64,000 bases of DNA from Octopus sinensis (lineage: Eukaryota), in contig NC_043009.1 in assembly GCF_006345805.1 (NCBI RefSeq), positions 11,470,001 through 11,534,000 on the forward strand. Reading direction: 5' to 3'. The notes below the pieces were generated by a model. It saw only the letters and a program-made list of their open reading frames with translations. It was not told where the DNA came from and did not search any database. Numbering within the stretch: the stretch's first letter is position 1; the number at the start of each line of letters is the position of its first letter. The translations under genes and the position numbers were made by a program. Positions 25,401 through 38,600 of the stretch are shown here, piece after piece.

Positions 25401-26279
25401 TTCAACAATTTCATTATTTTTATTGAAATACGAACAACAAAAAATATAAAAAAGTGAGTGAGGATGTGACGACGAGCGAGAGAGGTAGGAGGGGACAAGG
25501 AGAAAAAAAAAAGAAAAATTCCACTAATTTCGCGGGATCAAAAAACACTAACGTGACGTTAATGATATTCAGAGCGGGATTAGAAACAAAGTCTTCTCAA
25601 TTTTAAATCAAAATTCGTATGAGAATCATGGAGTCAGTTCCTAGTCAAATATAACTGGGACGCAGCCTCAAGATCCAACTTAAGCTATATCACTTACCTG
25701 TCATTTCCATTTATAATTCATCGCCTGGAGACAAAAGTTTTGGCTTCCCTATTTTTTTTATATTCCATATTCTGTAATTTGTTTTTTTTTTTTATCACAA
25801 ACCATCTACAATTGTCATAAAGTTATTTTCATTTTGCTTAAATGTAAACATAATATATGTTTGCATATAAAATTATTTGATATTTTTAACACACAGGTTA
25901 TTTTGTCCGCTATTACCAGACTACTGTAAATATGATTACGGTTTTATTAACATATACCTCCATAGAATATTTAAACCGCTCTTAATTAAAATAAGACATA
26001 CAATGATTTATTAAATTCATGATCAAAACAAGTCGGTTGCAGTTAAATCATTCTCCTAACTAGTAAACACCAATCACTCTACAAAAAATGTAATCTTCGA
26101 AGAGACGAATTCGCAATACAATTTGCATTCTCAGTTACAGAGGTCAGTCTACATACTTCGACAACGCTAGTGAGAATTATTTTACATGTGTCTGACATAA
26201 TGCGACTAATTTACATTTTCTTTCCATATCAGTCATCATATAAACATGAGAGACCAAAGTGTACGTACGCCGCTATATT

Positions 26280-26613
26280 TTATATATAAAAAATACCATA
26301 ATGGGACAAGAACGCAAAACATACAGACAGTTAGGTGAAACAAAAAAAGAGAAAACAAAATATTCAGACAGACGATACAAGGAAAACAAGGACGGATCAT
26401 TCTGAGTTCTCTATCCTCAGTCGAGTTCCAGATTATCTTTGCAATTTCGGCTGATGCAAAGATAATCTGGAACTCGACTGAGGATAGAAAACTCCGAATG
26501 ATCCGTCCTTGTTTCCCTTGTATCGCCTGTCTGGATATTCTGTTTTCCCTTTTTTTGTTTCACCTAACTGTCTGGATGTTCTTGTCCCATTTTGGTATTT
26601 TTTATTTATATAA
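26280..26613. repeat. Long hairpin: ~165-bp arms, 11-nt loop (26444-26454)
   Basis: ...tatcctcagtcgagttccagattatctttgca-atttcggctga-tgcaaagataatctggaactcgactgaggata...; arms extend to aaaataccataatgggacaagaac / gttcttgtcccattttggtatttt; related partial copy at 27025-27112. Confidence 0.9.
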
Positions 26614-26664
26614 ACATGATGTGGATAGGCTCAAATGTGGCTGCGTGGTTAAAAAATTCACATG

Positions 26665-26970
26665 TATGAGGATGCATGGCCTAGTGGTTCGGGCGTTACA
26701 CTCACAACTACGAGATAATGGGTTCAAATTACTGGACAGGATGCTGCGTTGTGTTCTTGAGCAAAACACTTTATATTACGTTGCTCTGAGATTATTTTGC
26801 CACCCGATATTTAGTACATCGTAGCCCCGTTCAAGCCGCTTCGTTTTGGTGACGGAAATGAGCTAATGTACTGCACATGCATTTGATCACAATAAACCAA
26901 TCATTTGTGCGGGTCGTTCTGCAAGGAATTGCAGAGAATTCGTTTTCGAAGTACAAGGGACTACCATCCA
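26665..26970 (+). mobile_element. SINE type D head with another distinct tail (diverged)
   Basis: gcatggcctagtggttcgggcg...gggttcaaattac...gttgtgttcttgagcaaaacactttatattacgttgctc. Confidence 0.65.
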
Positions 26971-26983
26971 ATACTGTGTGTGC

Positions 26984-27014
<31 letters not shown>

Positions 27015-28082
27015 GAAATACAAAAATGGGACAACAAAACATCCAGATAGACGATACAAAAAAAGACAAAAAATAAGGACGGGTCATTCGAAGTTTTCTT
27101 TCCTCAGTCAAGTATGCTTTATATATATATATATAGTGGGTGGTATGCATGCATATACACACACATATCCACTGCATTTCCATTACGCTCTGGATATACT
27201 GTAAATCTCTCAATTTCGATTGGTTCAAGGAACTGGACTCCAGATCTTGACAAAATTTTACATGCATCTTTTGGATTGCAATGTGATCATATTTTTTTGC
27301 TTAATTACTTAATTATAGAATATCTTTCTGCATACTCATCGGTATCACTGTCATGACTGTAATTGCAAATGTGGCTTAATTACTCTTTAGTTAGTTCAGT
27401 TTAAATTAATCAATGATATATTTCAATACCATACAAGTTAACTTGAAAAATGTTTGTCTTTTTCTTTTAACTGATCGCTTTGTAGATTCCATGTGAAATG
27501 TATTAGCTACAAAAACCAAATTGATTCACCAAGGAATCAAACCCACATCGTCGATTCGGCTAGCAGCTAACTTGAAGTTTCCTTTGTTGTACTCACAACT
27601 CATTACAACTGAAGTATGTTCTGGCACAGCAACGGCTGCAAAGCAAGATGTAAGCTTCCAATTAACTGATGCTGCCAGCCGTTTTACTTCATTAACTCAG
27701 ATAATCTTATTCCTCAGTTCAATATAAACCTGAACGGCAGGAATGTTATACAAGCTCTCACCACTTCTCTTAATATGTTATTCTATACAGAAGTAATTAA
27801 TCATTTTGAATGTTAAGGAATCATTATACTAATATTGCTAATGGCTGTTGAGAAAATCATAAAGTTTTTCATCGCTCTTATTCTGAGATGTTTTGGCTGA
27901 GCCTTTATATGGTAACAGTTGAAGCACTATGGCGATAAGCAGATATCGAAATATAGAGTATCTTTATATTCCCTTTCTCTATGCCTTCAGTGAAAGGAGA
28001 TAAACTTTTTAAAGAATTTCAAAAAGCTAAATGGAATAATTTCTACCAAGAAACAGAAACAAGATTTTCAGAATTCAGCAAT

Positions 28083-28465
28083 TGTGGAAGCACTCCGTCG
28101 GTTACGACGACGAGGGTTCCGGTTGATCCGATCAACGGAACAGCCTGCTCGTGAAATTAACGTGTAAGTGGCTGAGCACTCCACAGACACGTGTACCCTT
28201 AACGTAGTTCTCGGGGATATTCAGCGTGACACAGAGAGTGACAAGACCGGCCCTTTGAAATACAGGTACAACAGAAACAGGAAGTAAGAGTGAGAGAAAG
28301 TTGTGGTGAAAGAGTACAGCAGGGATCACCACCATCCCTGCTGGAGCCTTGTGGAGCTTTAGGTGTATTCGCTCAATAAACACTCACAACGCCCGATCTG
28401 GGAATCGAAACCGCGATCCTACGACCGCGAGTCCGCTGCCCTAACCACTGGGCCATTGCGTCTCC
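28083..28465 (-). mobile_element. SINE type C with tail 1, full length, 15-bp TSD
   Basis: tRNA-like head (tggcccagtggttagg A-box; ggtttcgattccc B-box); TSD tcagaattcagcaat (28068-28082) / tcagaattcaacaat (28466-28480). Confidence 0.9.
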
Positions 28466-28891
28466 TCAGAATTCAACAATACCACAATCATCACAACATA
28501 GATACAAAAATGCATACATTTTGCTTACTCCATTTTTCTACAAAAGGCGAAAAACACATCGTATCTCACTACTTCAGTACATCAGGAGGTGGAAGGCGGT
28601 AGAATTAGCATTACTTCAAAAAGTTAGCGCATAAATGAAACTATGACGAAAGAAGATGCCCTTTTTGCCTAATGATAAACGAAATACCGCTGGGGAGGAT
28701 CTCGATAGCAACGACCAGCCTACACTGCCTGGTGAGTGAGTTCGTGACAAGGTCAAGGCAGGTATAATCGACCCATATAGCGGTGTTTAAGGAAGTTTCC
28801 GGCATGGTGGATTTCCTTTAAGTCTTTGGTAACTGGGAATAGGCACTAGTTGTTTTGTGTCATCTTTGTCAAAAATTATATGTCCCTTATA

Positions 28892-29299
28892 GGCGCAGGA
28901 GTGGCTGTGAGGTAAGTAGCTTGCTAACCAACCACATGGTTCCGGGTTCAGTCCCACTGCGTGGCATCTTGAGCAAGTGTCTTCTGCTATAGCCCCGGGC
29001 CGACCAATGCCTTGTTAGATTTGGTAGACGGAAACTGAAAGAAGCCTGTCTTATATATGTATATATATATATGTATGTGTGTGTGTTTGTGTGTCTGTGT
29101 TTGTCCCCCTAGCATTGCTCGTCAACCGATGCTGGTGTGTTTACGTCCCCGTCACTTAGCGGTTCGGCAAAAGAGACCGATAGAATAAGTACTAGGCTTA
29201 CAAAGAATAAGTCCCGGGGTCGATTTGCTCGACTAAAGGCGGTGCTCCAGCATGGCCGCAGTCAAATGACTGAAACAAGTAAAAGAGAGAGAGAGAGAG
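28892..29299 (+). mobile_element. SINE type A, full length with internal (TA)/(TG) linker
   Basis: ggcgcaggagtggctgtgaggtaag...gggttcagtccc...gaaactgaaagaagcc-(TA/TG)n-gtttgtcccc...gactgaaacaagtaaaagag; about ten related copies in the window. Confidence 0.9.
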
Positions 29300-29495
29300 A
29301 TTACTGCAAAAACTGTGATACTGGGAAATGGGCATTTCTGACGCTATTAAAATACTTCAATGTAAGTCAAAGAAGTCGGACTTCGGGGGTGTTGGTCGAC
29401 GTTGCATTGTAATTGACAACGAATCACTTGCGGCTGAGTTGTTTAAATACAATCGATTCCGTTTTTTCCTTTCCAGCGAAGATACGTAGTATGTG

Positions 29496-29830
29496 CGAAG
29501 GTGCGTGGCTTAGTGGTTATTCGGGGCATTCGGCACGTGATCGTAAGGTCGTGAATTCAATTCCCGGCGGCGTGTTGTGTCCTTGAGCAAGACACTTAAT
29601 TTCACGTTGCTCCAGTCCATTCAGCTGGCAAAAATGAGTAGTACCTCTATTTCAAAGGGCCAGCCTTGTCACACTCTGTGTAACGCTGAATCTCCCTGAG
29701 AACAATGTTAAGAGTATACGTGTTTGTAGAGTGCTCAGCCACTTGCATGGTAATTTCACGAGCAAGCTGTTCCGTTAATCGTATCAGCTGGGACCCTCGT
29801 CGTCGCAACCGACGGGATGCTCCTACTACC
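29496..29830 (+). mobile_element. SINE with type D head and tail 1, 13-bp TSD
   Basis: Head ...gtgtccttgagcaagacacttaatttcacgttgctccag joined to tatttcaaagggccagccttgtcac...cctcgtcgtcgcaaccgacgg; TSD tacgtagtatgtg at 29483-29495 and 29831-29843. Confidence 0.9.
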
Positions 29831-30177
29831 TACGTAGTATGTGTAGGACAGATAGTTGTCATCTTGGTTTTCGGGTCTCCCACGTGACAGCATTCTCCGA
29901 CACAATTTCTCTTTCAGAAGTACAGTCATTAAGTGATTCAAAATTACATGAGAGAATAGTCATCGTAGAATTCAACGCAAAAAGGTATTTGCGCAAAAGC
30001 AAATATTGCGTATGTAGGTCTGCTCAAAAGTGATAAGGTAATAAAGAGCTTAGTCATTTACAAATATTGCTACTCTGGTTAAATGCAAAATATTCCTGAC
30101 CATCAGAACTATTCGACCATTTCTTCACTACCTTCTTATTAGCAAAATCTAATTGACAAACAAAATAGCTAGCTAGC

Positions 30178-30284
<107 letters not shown>

Positions 30285-31479
30285 ATGTACTCGCAGAATA
30301 CATTGTTGTCTAGGAAATAAACAGTGAGTTATTGGTAAATTTTTAGTGAAGGAATCGTAGCAATTCTACATAAGTTTGTTCATTCAAAAACTACTTTTAT
30401 GTACTTTCTAGCAAAGATTCACGGATTAAAACCGTTGCCTTTCACAAAATATACACAAACCATCTCCAGTAAAGGCTTGCACGAAAAAAAAAATTCTTGT
30501 TTTTTTCCACCTCCAACATTCTCTCTAATTCTTTAACACGTGATTCTAATGAACTTTAGCGCACAGCCCTGTCACTAATTTAATTGTCAATGGTGTGATG
30601 TAATGAAGGTGTCATATAACTGCGCGATACTTTTAAACAATTAACATATAATTCAAAGGAGTGAGAGGGAGAATGTTGCCATAAAATCTGTCTATTAAAT
30701 AAATGTGAAAATGGGTAAGTTAATACCAAAAATACTCCCGTGATACGTGGTAAAAATTATTTGGTGTGTCACGATGGATTTAATAGTCTGTAAAGAAATA
30801 AACGATTGATCGTTAGTAATGTAAATTTTATAATTTTAAATGGAAATATATTTTCAGGTTTAGACGCCTTGAATTTTAAAGAACTTGGCTGCCACAAATA
30901 AAAACTGCAACACATATAGCACGTGATGGTTCTGAAAAGGAAATATCAATTTTGATAGTGAAACCAAGATGGACGCCAGTAATAAAAGCAACAATAGATT
31001 GATTGTAGAAAATGAAAGACGAGCAAGATTTTGTAGTTTTGTTTTTTTTTTCTTCTTCTAAGACACGATGATTTAAAAATATAATTCAGACAAAGAATGC
31101 ATAAAAACACTCAGTAAGTGATGCTGAATTTAAAGATATATAGTTCTCTGGATGTTGGTGTTATAATTTGTCTTTTTTATTATTATTACATCGAGAACAA
31201 AGAGATTTTGATACGAAAGCATGGATATGCTTTGAGGAAAAAGCGAGATAATTGGGCAGATAATTGGAAGAAATTATGAAAAGAAACGTCCAGGTTTGAC
31301 ACAGAGTAATGAGTAATTTTAAAACTGTATTTAAAAACTGAATAAATATATCAGCAGTTGGCGTGAACCCAAATAAAGATCATGGAAACTTCAGTCGAGA
31401 TGTTGACGGCCCGATTAGTGTGATTCTGGAAGTCTGCAATCTCTTCTACCGTTTGAGTCAGCTATAAACCTACTCACAA

Positions 31480-31519
<40 letters not shown>

Positions 31520-31547
31520 ACACACACCACACACATACATACACACA

Positions 31548-31619
<72 letters not shown>

Positions 31620-31667
31620 TATACATATATACATGCGTGCATATACTTACATATATATATATATATA

Positions 31668-31797
31668 GGGAGAGTTTACCGAAAAGAACAGTAGACGAAG
31701 ACAGGGGGTGTACAAAACAAACAGATGTATTAGTATAACGCTCGGGAATAGAAAAAGTCTTTTATGTTTCGAGCCTACGCTCTTCTACAGAAAGGGA
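31668..31797 (-). mobile_element. Penelope-like pLTR remnant, same family as 4590-4885
   Basis: Reverse complement ctttctgtagaagagcgtaggctcgaaacataaaagactttttctattcccgagcgttatactaatacatctgtttgttt matches 4757-4840. Confidence 0.65.
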
Positions 31798-33179
31798 TAT
31801 ATATATATATATATATATATTATATCGTCAGTAATTCATATATCTGAATAAGAAGCAAACTCTAAAGCATTAAGCCAGTAATATATTTTTTAGGAAGTTA
31901 TGGCTGGTCATAGAGTGACCACTGGTTTGGTCAGATTCAAATCGCTGAAGATGCATAAACTCTCTAGAACTGGAGGAATAAATACATAGCGGTCAGTTGG
32001 TTTTGTTAACAAAAACTATTTGTCCGTGCTGCGGGACGGGGTTAGCGTTAGGGATCATACCCCTTACATTGGCTCCGACTATAGTGATTTTCGAAGGAAC
32101 TGTGGTGGGACTATACAACGAATGGGGAATTCCAAGTCTGAAGTAGGAAACGATTTACATGTGGGCATTGACTGAATATCTCTTTCTTAGAGTTTAAAAA
32201 GGCTCCTGACACGAGCGAGTTTTTAAGGATTCTTGCTCTCCCAACCAAGCAAAGCGTACATCGTTAGCTCCCGTTTTTACAAGCCAATGGTTATTCAAGG
32301 AGCCTCCACTTAATTATGTTGGGATTCCTTCCTCTTTTAAGTGCAATACGTGGTCGGCCAGGGACGTGACATTGCAACATTTCTCCCTAAACATAACCAA
32401 TGGTACTTTTAAACATTTCCCCACTGAAAACATTTTATATATACGCGCGTTTATTTTATGCTTGCGGATATGTGTCTGGATTGTATTTGTGCTCGGTTTC
32501 TAAACATGCTGGCTTTTTATGATCTCTAACAGTTGCGTATTTGTATAGATTATGCAGACTTTTGTATCTTGTGATAAAAAAAATGAATGTTAGAAAAGTT
32601 GATGAATGTATAGATTATCTTTTATTAACCAAAGTCTAAAGAGAATCGAAAAACATTTTAAAACAATTGAACATGTAGTGGAGCTGTTTTACCATTAAGA
32701 TTGCCGTTGAATGGGTGAATATAAGTAGCGAAAATTCCAAAGAGATTTCAGTCTTTGATGTGTAGTTAATTTCCATCGAGCTGATCGATTACCGGATCTA
32801 TGGATTTTAATATTGCAGGAGAATATGTGATATTATGTCTCAGTCGTAATTATAGCTATAGACGTATTAGTCTTTATTGAAAAGCTGTTTACACACAAAA
32901 TCGAGCATGAATTCGCATGCATACGCGAATGAAACACATACTTACATGTGTGTACGTGTGTGTTTGTGTGTGTATGCATGTGTGCGTGTGTGTGTGTGAG
33001 TGTGTGTGAGTGTGTGTTACATTTAATATAAATGAAATATTTATCTCACACGGGACACAGAGTACTTCTTTGTTGATCCTATCTATAACGAAATATTGAA
33101 CTATATATGTGGGTGGGTGTTTACATGCATACATATATATCATATATATATATATATATATATCACTCTACACACACAC

Positions 33180-33840
33180 TGGCACGTTACATACGCCCCC
33201 ACCCTTTCCCTCCTTCCCTTCTTCCCTCCTTCCTCCCATTTTTTACCACTGACCACTCACTCGAGACTTGCTTGTCATCTGTTCGCCCTGCACGCACTAA
33301 CATATACATATTTTTTGTTTTTTTATCTCGCCTCACACACACATACACACACGCACACGCACACACTCACACATACATACACACGCACACACACATACCT
33401 CCCTGTTTTTGACCTGCCTTTCTCACTTGCTAGGGTACCCCCACACACTCCTTTGCTCTACTACTGCCTGCTACTAGCCACTGTCCACCATACACACACA
33501 TACACACACACGCACACACACATACACACACCCTCGATTTCTCGCACACCTTTTTTATCATTCCCTCTTTGATTCAGCTCTCCTGTTTTTAAAAAACATT
33601 TTCCTCCTTCTTTACAACTTCCGTCTTTTCAGTATGTGACCTCGTGAAAACTACCTGCAATTTTTTTTTTCCTCTGTCCTCCCGTCTCGAGATCTTTCTT
33701 TCTCCTATGTTTCCGACGAAGAGCTCCGCTCGAAACGTCATACCCTCCTTCTTCGGTTTTCCTGAGCGCCTAATAATAATAATACTGTAATTGTTCCACG
33801 TGTTGTTGTTTTTTCTGTTTTCCCGTTTGGATTAACCTAT
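33180..33840 (+). mobile_element. Penelope-like 3'/pLTR remnant with minimal hammerhead-like motif (33713-33740)
   Basis: ccgacgaagagctccgctcgaaacgtca = C(C/U)GACGA-A-GAGC-ucc-GCUC-GAAA-CGUCA; homologous to 35040-35252. Confidence 0.6.
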
Positions 33841-33861
33841 ATATATATATATATATATCTA

Positions 33862-33953
<92 letters not shown>

Positions 33954-33981
33954 CATATATATATGTGTATATATATATATG

Positions 33982-34050
<69 letters not shown>

Positions 34051-34870
34051 ACGCGCTGTTCTAAAGGGTAGTTAAAATGTAGAATGGGGATATTGTTTCA
34101 CGTTTAGACGACAGAACAGTGACTAATCTGTCGACCGAGGGAAAGTGTAAACGCGAAACTTAAGTGACAGTTGGCCTACTGCTTTTGTCGAATGCTTGTA
34201 AGTATGTATGTATGTCATAGTTCAGTTTTATTTCAAGATTTCTTGAAAGATTTCTTGAAATCTACAAAATTAGAAATATTGCATTTCTAAATCCCTCAGT
34301 GAGAATTATGCAGTGGCAGCACGATAAAGTGATGGTGTGTTGCCAACTTAATATGGAAAGGGAAGAATGCTATTTCTATTTAGTACGAAGAAACATATGT
34401 ATGCCCGAATCACCAACCCACTACATCTACACATTCAAAGAAATCTGCCAACAGCCCTTCAACAACATCACACTCTGATAAGCTCAGTGACTAATACTAA
34501 ATTCAGGCATTGACAGACAGAAGGGATGTTCTTGTAGCTGACTATTTTAAACTTACAGAGACAATATTTACATAACACCGGAAGAAACGCAACTAGATCA
34601 CATAATGCAGGGAAAACTTGCATAAGCAAGCACCTGCACTCCTGGAGTACTACGTTGCGTGGAAACAATTGTAGTGATTAAAAATTAAATGTCCAACAGT
34701 AACTCTTCTTGTTACCTTCACTTATTTTTTTTTTCAGTTATATAATTCACACACGACAGGTGCCCAAACGCAAACAAGGAAGTACTATTGAATAGCGCAG
34801 AGTGAAATTTGAAGGTGGACGAGCTTTATGTTGTATTCTACTACGTCCTTAACAGAATATGGCATAGCAT

Positions 34871-34913
<43 letters not shown>

Positions 34914-35000
34914 GTGGCGGTTTTTTGACTATTATTAAATCTTATGTATTGATAAGTCTTTCCTTGTTTGTTTTGCAAAATAGTGGTTTTGTCTCAAATA

Positions 35001-35039
<39 letters not shown>

Positions 35040-35040
<1 letters not shown>

Positions 35041-35252
35041 CTGTGACCACATGTGTATCCTTGGCGATTTTTTTTCCTTCGTCTTCCATTCCTTGGTTCT
35101 TTCCTTTTCCTATGTTTCTGACGAAGAGCTCCGCTCCAAACATTAAATTCTCCTTCTTTCTTTCCTTTCCTGAGCGTCCAATAACAATTTCTTGTTCCAC
35201 GTCCTTGCGTTGTTGTATTTTCACTTTGTGTTTTCATGTTTGGATTAACTTT
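35040..35252 (+). mobile_element. Second copy of the 33650-33840 pLTR-like family
   Basis: tcctatgtttctgacgaagagctccgctccaaacattaa...ttcctgagcgtccaataac...ttgttccacgt...gtttggattaac; intact CUGACGA but GAAA changed to CAAA. Confidence 0.65.
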
Positions 35253-35941
35253 ATATATATATATATATATATACACACGCATACACATTATATTGTTATA
35301 TTTGGGGTGGATCATTTTGTGCGTATGTGAGTGTATGTGTTTGTGTGTTGTGTGTGCGCGCCTGTGTCTTCGCGTGTCTATGTGTTTACTCTGTGTGTTA
35401 TATGTGCGTGTTTATGGGTTTGCTTACTACACTACTTTTAGCCGTGTTCTATATTTAATTATTTTTTATTCGTTCATGTACTTATTTATTTTCTTCTTTC
35501 CTTCTTTAGTATGTGTATGTGTGCCTTGTGTGCGTTTGTGTGGGTGCGCATGTGTGCGTATATGTGTGAGTGCGTGAGTATATGTGTGTATCTGTGTGTG
35601 TTTGTGATTATGCATTAAGCTGCCTCCATGTTTAATTGGGCATATTGATAGAACACTAACGACCTTCTCCTTCCTGAGCACCCGCCAGTATTCATCTATC
35701 CTCTCCCCCGTGCTACATACTGTCTCCTCAATGTATATTGCTGTCCTGCTTCTGTACCTCCCTAAATACACCGTATACTATAGACAACATACTGTGCAGT
35801 TATTATCCGTGTATGGGGCCTTATAAATGGATATCCACAACAAATCAGTTTTATTGAGATCGCTGGCCTTTCTAATACTTTAATCCGTATATTCATCTTA
35901 TCTAAAATTTTCTTAAGTAAGTATATATATATATATATATA

Positions 35942-35997
<56 letters not shown>

Positions 35998-36250
35998 GTG
36001 TGTATGCGTGCTCGCACGCATACATAAATATATTTTACTGTTTCATTAATAGTAAAACCAACAAAATGAACTTCATCCAGAGGAATGATTATCTGTTTAT
36101 GTACACAGTAAGTAAATTATGAGCATATAATTGTTTCATGATGTTGAAGCACAATGGCTAGACAGTTTTATTTATCATGTCTTGTGTCTGCAAGCATTCC
36201 TTCATGATCCTACAAATAAAACTAGCCACAACATGGATGGTATTATTTGA

Positions 36251-37094
36251 CTTATATGATTGAACGCAACGTATCCAATTCCAAGCAAGTTTATCTCAAT
36301 AATTCCGATGCGAATCTATGTTGCACTGTTCTCGTTCCCTTTCCCCTTTCGTTTCCTCCTCTTCCTTTCTCTAATTCCAGTTATCTCCCCTTCTCCCCCT
36401 TTCGTTTTTCGCTCTCATCCTTTCTCTAATTCTTTTCCTCCCCTCTTCACCGTTCTCTATCTGTCCTTCTCACTTTCTAACTTTTCCTCCTTTACTCCCG
36501 CGTTGTTCACACGTGATCATCGGTCAGATTTCTTTCCTAACTTGAGTTTCTGTCTTTCCTTTGGATCTACCACACAGATCAGACGTATTCTTGTCTCTTT
36601 CCTTTCCTATCTTTTCTCTTGTAAGAGCTCGTTGCTCCAGCATCCGGCACTTCACCTCGTTATGGCTTGGCAGCCCTTACTATTTGTTTTCACTGTCCTG
36701 TTTTTGTTACCAACTTTGACCCTCCGCAAATCCCAAATTTTACTTTGCTCTGCGGGAGCAACTGTGTTCTCAGAGACACATCTTGTCGTAATTGCTCGAA
36801 ATGTGAAGTAGATAAACAGCTGACAACTGATGAAGGGTTGCTCTTTATATTGCTTGTCTTGTTTCCATTTGTTTCATTCGTTGCTCGCAAAAAATGTTCG
36901 TATTTCATGTTTTCGTATTTCATGTTGTTTGCGTTTTATGACGACCTGTACTCATATATGCATATGTACATACATATATATGCAAGTATGTACATATATG
37001 TATGTATATATGCACATACACATACACATATGTATATATATTATTTATGCTATTATATGATTGAACGCCACGCATCCATTTCCAAGTAAGTTTA
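36251..37094 (+). mobile_element. Terminally redundant ~840-bp unit, probable Penelope-like pLTR monomer
   Basis: ttatatgattgaacgcaacgtatccaattccaagcaagtttat (from ~36252) recurs as ttatatgattgaacgccacgcatccatttccaagtaagtttat (from ~37053); interior is pyrimidine-rich and contains ctcgaaatgt and ctgatgaaggg motifs. Confidence 0.55.
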
Positions 37095-37564
37095 TATATA
37101 TATATAACAACAATTAAGGGTTTAGCAACGAGTTACTTAACCACATACCGAAAAAATTTAGAAATAGCGGCCAAAAGACCGTTATTTCTCTTCGCTACAA
37201 AATATGACTCCACCGATAACCCTCTCTGTAACTCACACAGGCAAGAAAAAAAAGGAAAATAATGAAATCAAACAGTCTTCGGTTAATTATGGACGCGTTT
37301 CTGGATTAGAGTTTAAAACTCATTTCCTTATCAACATAATATTCCGATAGTTATAAATTTTAAAATGCTAGAAAACTTACCCTTTGCATTTCTGACCAAG
37401 CGACATCAGAACATCACACAAGGTAGTTAGCATATCCGAATTTTAAAAGCTTTTTACCCTCTATATCTATTAATATATATATATATATTATAGATATATA
37501 TATATATATTTAAGTATAGGAAAGAATGGAGCTGAACGAAGATTTAACAAAATTCCTTTATTTT

Positions 37565-37649
37565 ATTTTCGACATATGTTTCAAAGTCTGCAAAGTCCCT
37601 AATTCGAGTGAATAAGGAGTCTGTTATGCAGCTTTCTCTTCAGGAAAAT
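37565..37649 (-). ncRNA. Type I hammerhead ribozyme (left arm, sense to the endonuclease ORF)
   Basis: Reverse complement: AUUUUC-CUGAAGA-gAAAGCUGCA...UGCAGaCUUU-GAAA-CAUAUG-UC-GAAAAU; complete catalytic core and three stems. Confidence 0.8.
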
Positions 37650-38213
37650 CCAGGAACTTAATTCTCCAACAAATGCACAACAAGCTTTCGACGACTGCTC
37701 ACGAGAGCCCATAAAAATAATGATAAAAAATGTCTATTTATAGGGGTTGACGCCATATTGGATGAAAGCAGAAGAAATTATCCGTTGACATAGTTCAAGG
37801 CCAGCATCAAGGTATATAAAGGAAGGTATAGGAAAATTAAAGAGTGTGAATGTATTCTGTATGACTGGGTGTTTATATTTGATTTATATTTGAATGAGTG
37901 CTCGAATGTATGAGTGTGTAAAATTGCCTTAATATATGTGTGTGTGCGTCTTGAATGCATGAAATTGTGGTGGAATGCAGAGATAGAGAGATAGCAAGAA
38001 TTAACGGTCAAGAACTGAAAAGACTGCGTCTGTGTGTGTTCGAATGTGACAACTTAATAGGGATGGGCGGCCCAATAGCAATGACAAGATACAAGGTTAC
38101 TGTTGGGATTGGTAGTAGTTCTTGCAACTATGAGAAAGTATTTTATACTAACAGGGATGAGGTATCACCTTTCAAATTTTTTTAGGACATCCAGGGGTTA
38201 TCTATATTAGACT

Positions 38214-38600
38214 TCATTGGTATGAGAAAAAGGTATGCTTTTTCCAGTGTGGGCATCTGAAAGAACTCTCCACAATCGAGTTTATTAGTCGGCCTCGGGC
38301 AAACAGAATATGAAAGAGTTCGGAATTACACAGGGCACAGGTTTTTTTTGCCCTTATCAAACGGTAAAGACACCGATAATATTGACCATTCCATCCTAAA
38401 AGTTGAATTTGCGTTCTTCAAACGCCAGACTAATTTGCTTAGCCCAGTAGAGTGTTGTTTCTTTCTATCCCTAAACGTGGAAAAATGGTTCGATATTCTT
38501 GTGGCTAATTTAGATGATGTAGCGCCGATATAGAGGAAGACATCGGATCCAGCATAAAACTGCACTGGTGAATGGCGTTTCTAATTTTGGAGTTATTTGA
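38214..38600 (-). pseudogene. C-terminal GIY-YIG endonuclease fragment of a Penelope-like element
   Basis: FLYIGATSSKLATRISNHFSTFR..HSTGLSKLVWRLK..EWSIL; removing one base from the 8-T run at 38342-38349 continues GKKTCALCNSELFHILF..LINSIVESSFRCPHWKKHTFFSYQ* (stop 38214-38216). Confidence 0.85.

Noticed and set aside
24502-25457. 175- and 207-aa Phe/Leu/Ser-rich ORFs (also 36260-36811)
   Set aside because: Polypyrimidine low complexity lacks stop codons by composition.
28395-28465. tRNA-like sequences with A and B boxes (also at 11090, 21521, 24225, 28892, 53475, 56560)
   Set aside because: Each continues into a shared SINE body, several with TSDs, and no clean cloverleaf is evident; these are SINE heads, not tRNA genes.
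30841-31030. Acceptor-like ttttcag followed by a possible exon (also at 34737)
   Set aside because: No sustained reading frame or recognisable peptide; such sites are common by chance in AT-rich DNA.
38214-38216. TGA as a selenocysteine codon, given reports of selenoprotein Naiad elements
   Set aside because: It follows the terminal CxH motif where the ORF is expected to end, and no SECIS was identified by eye.
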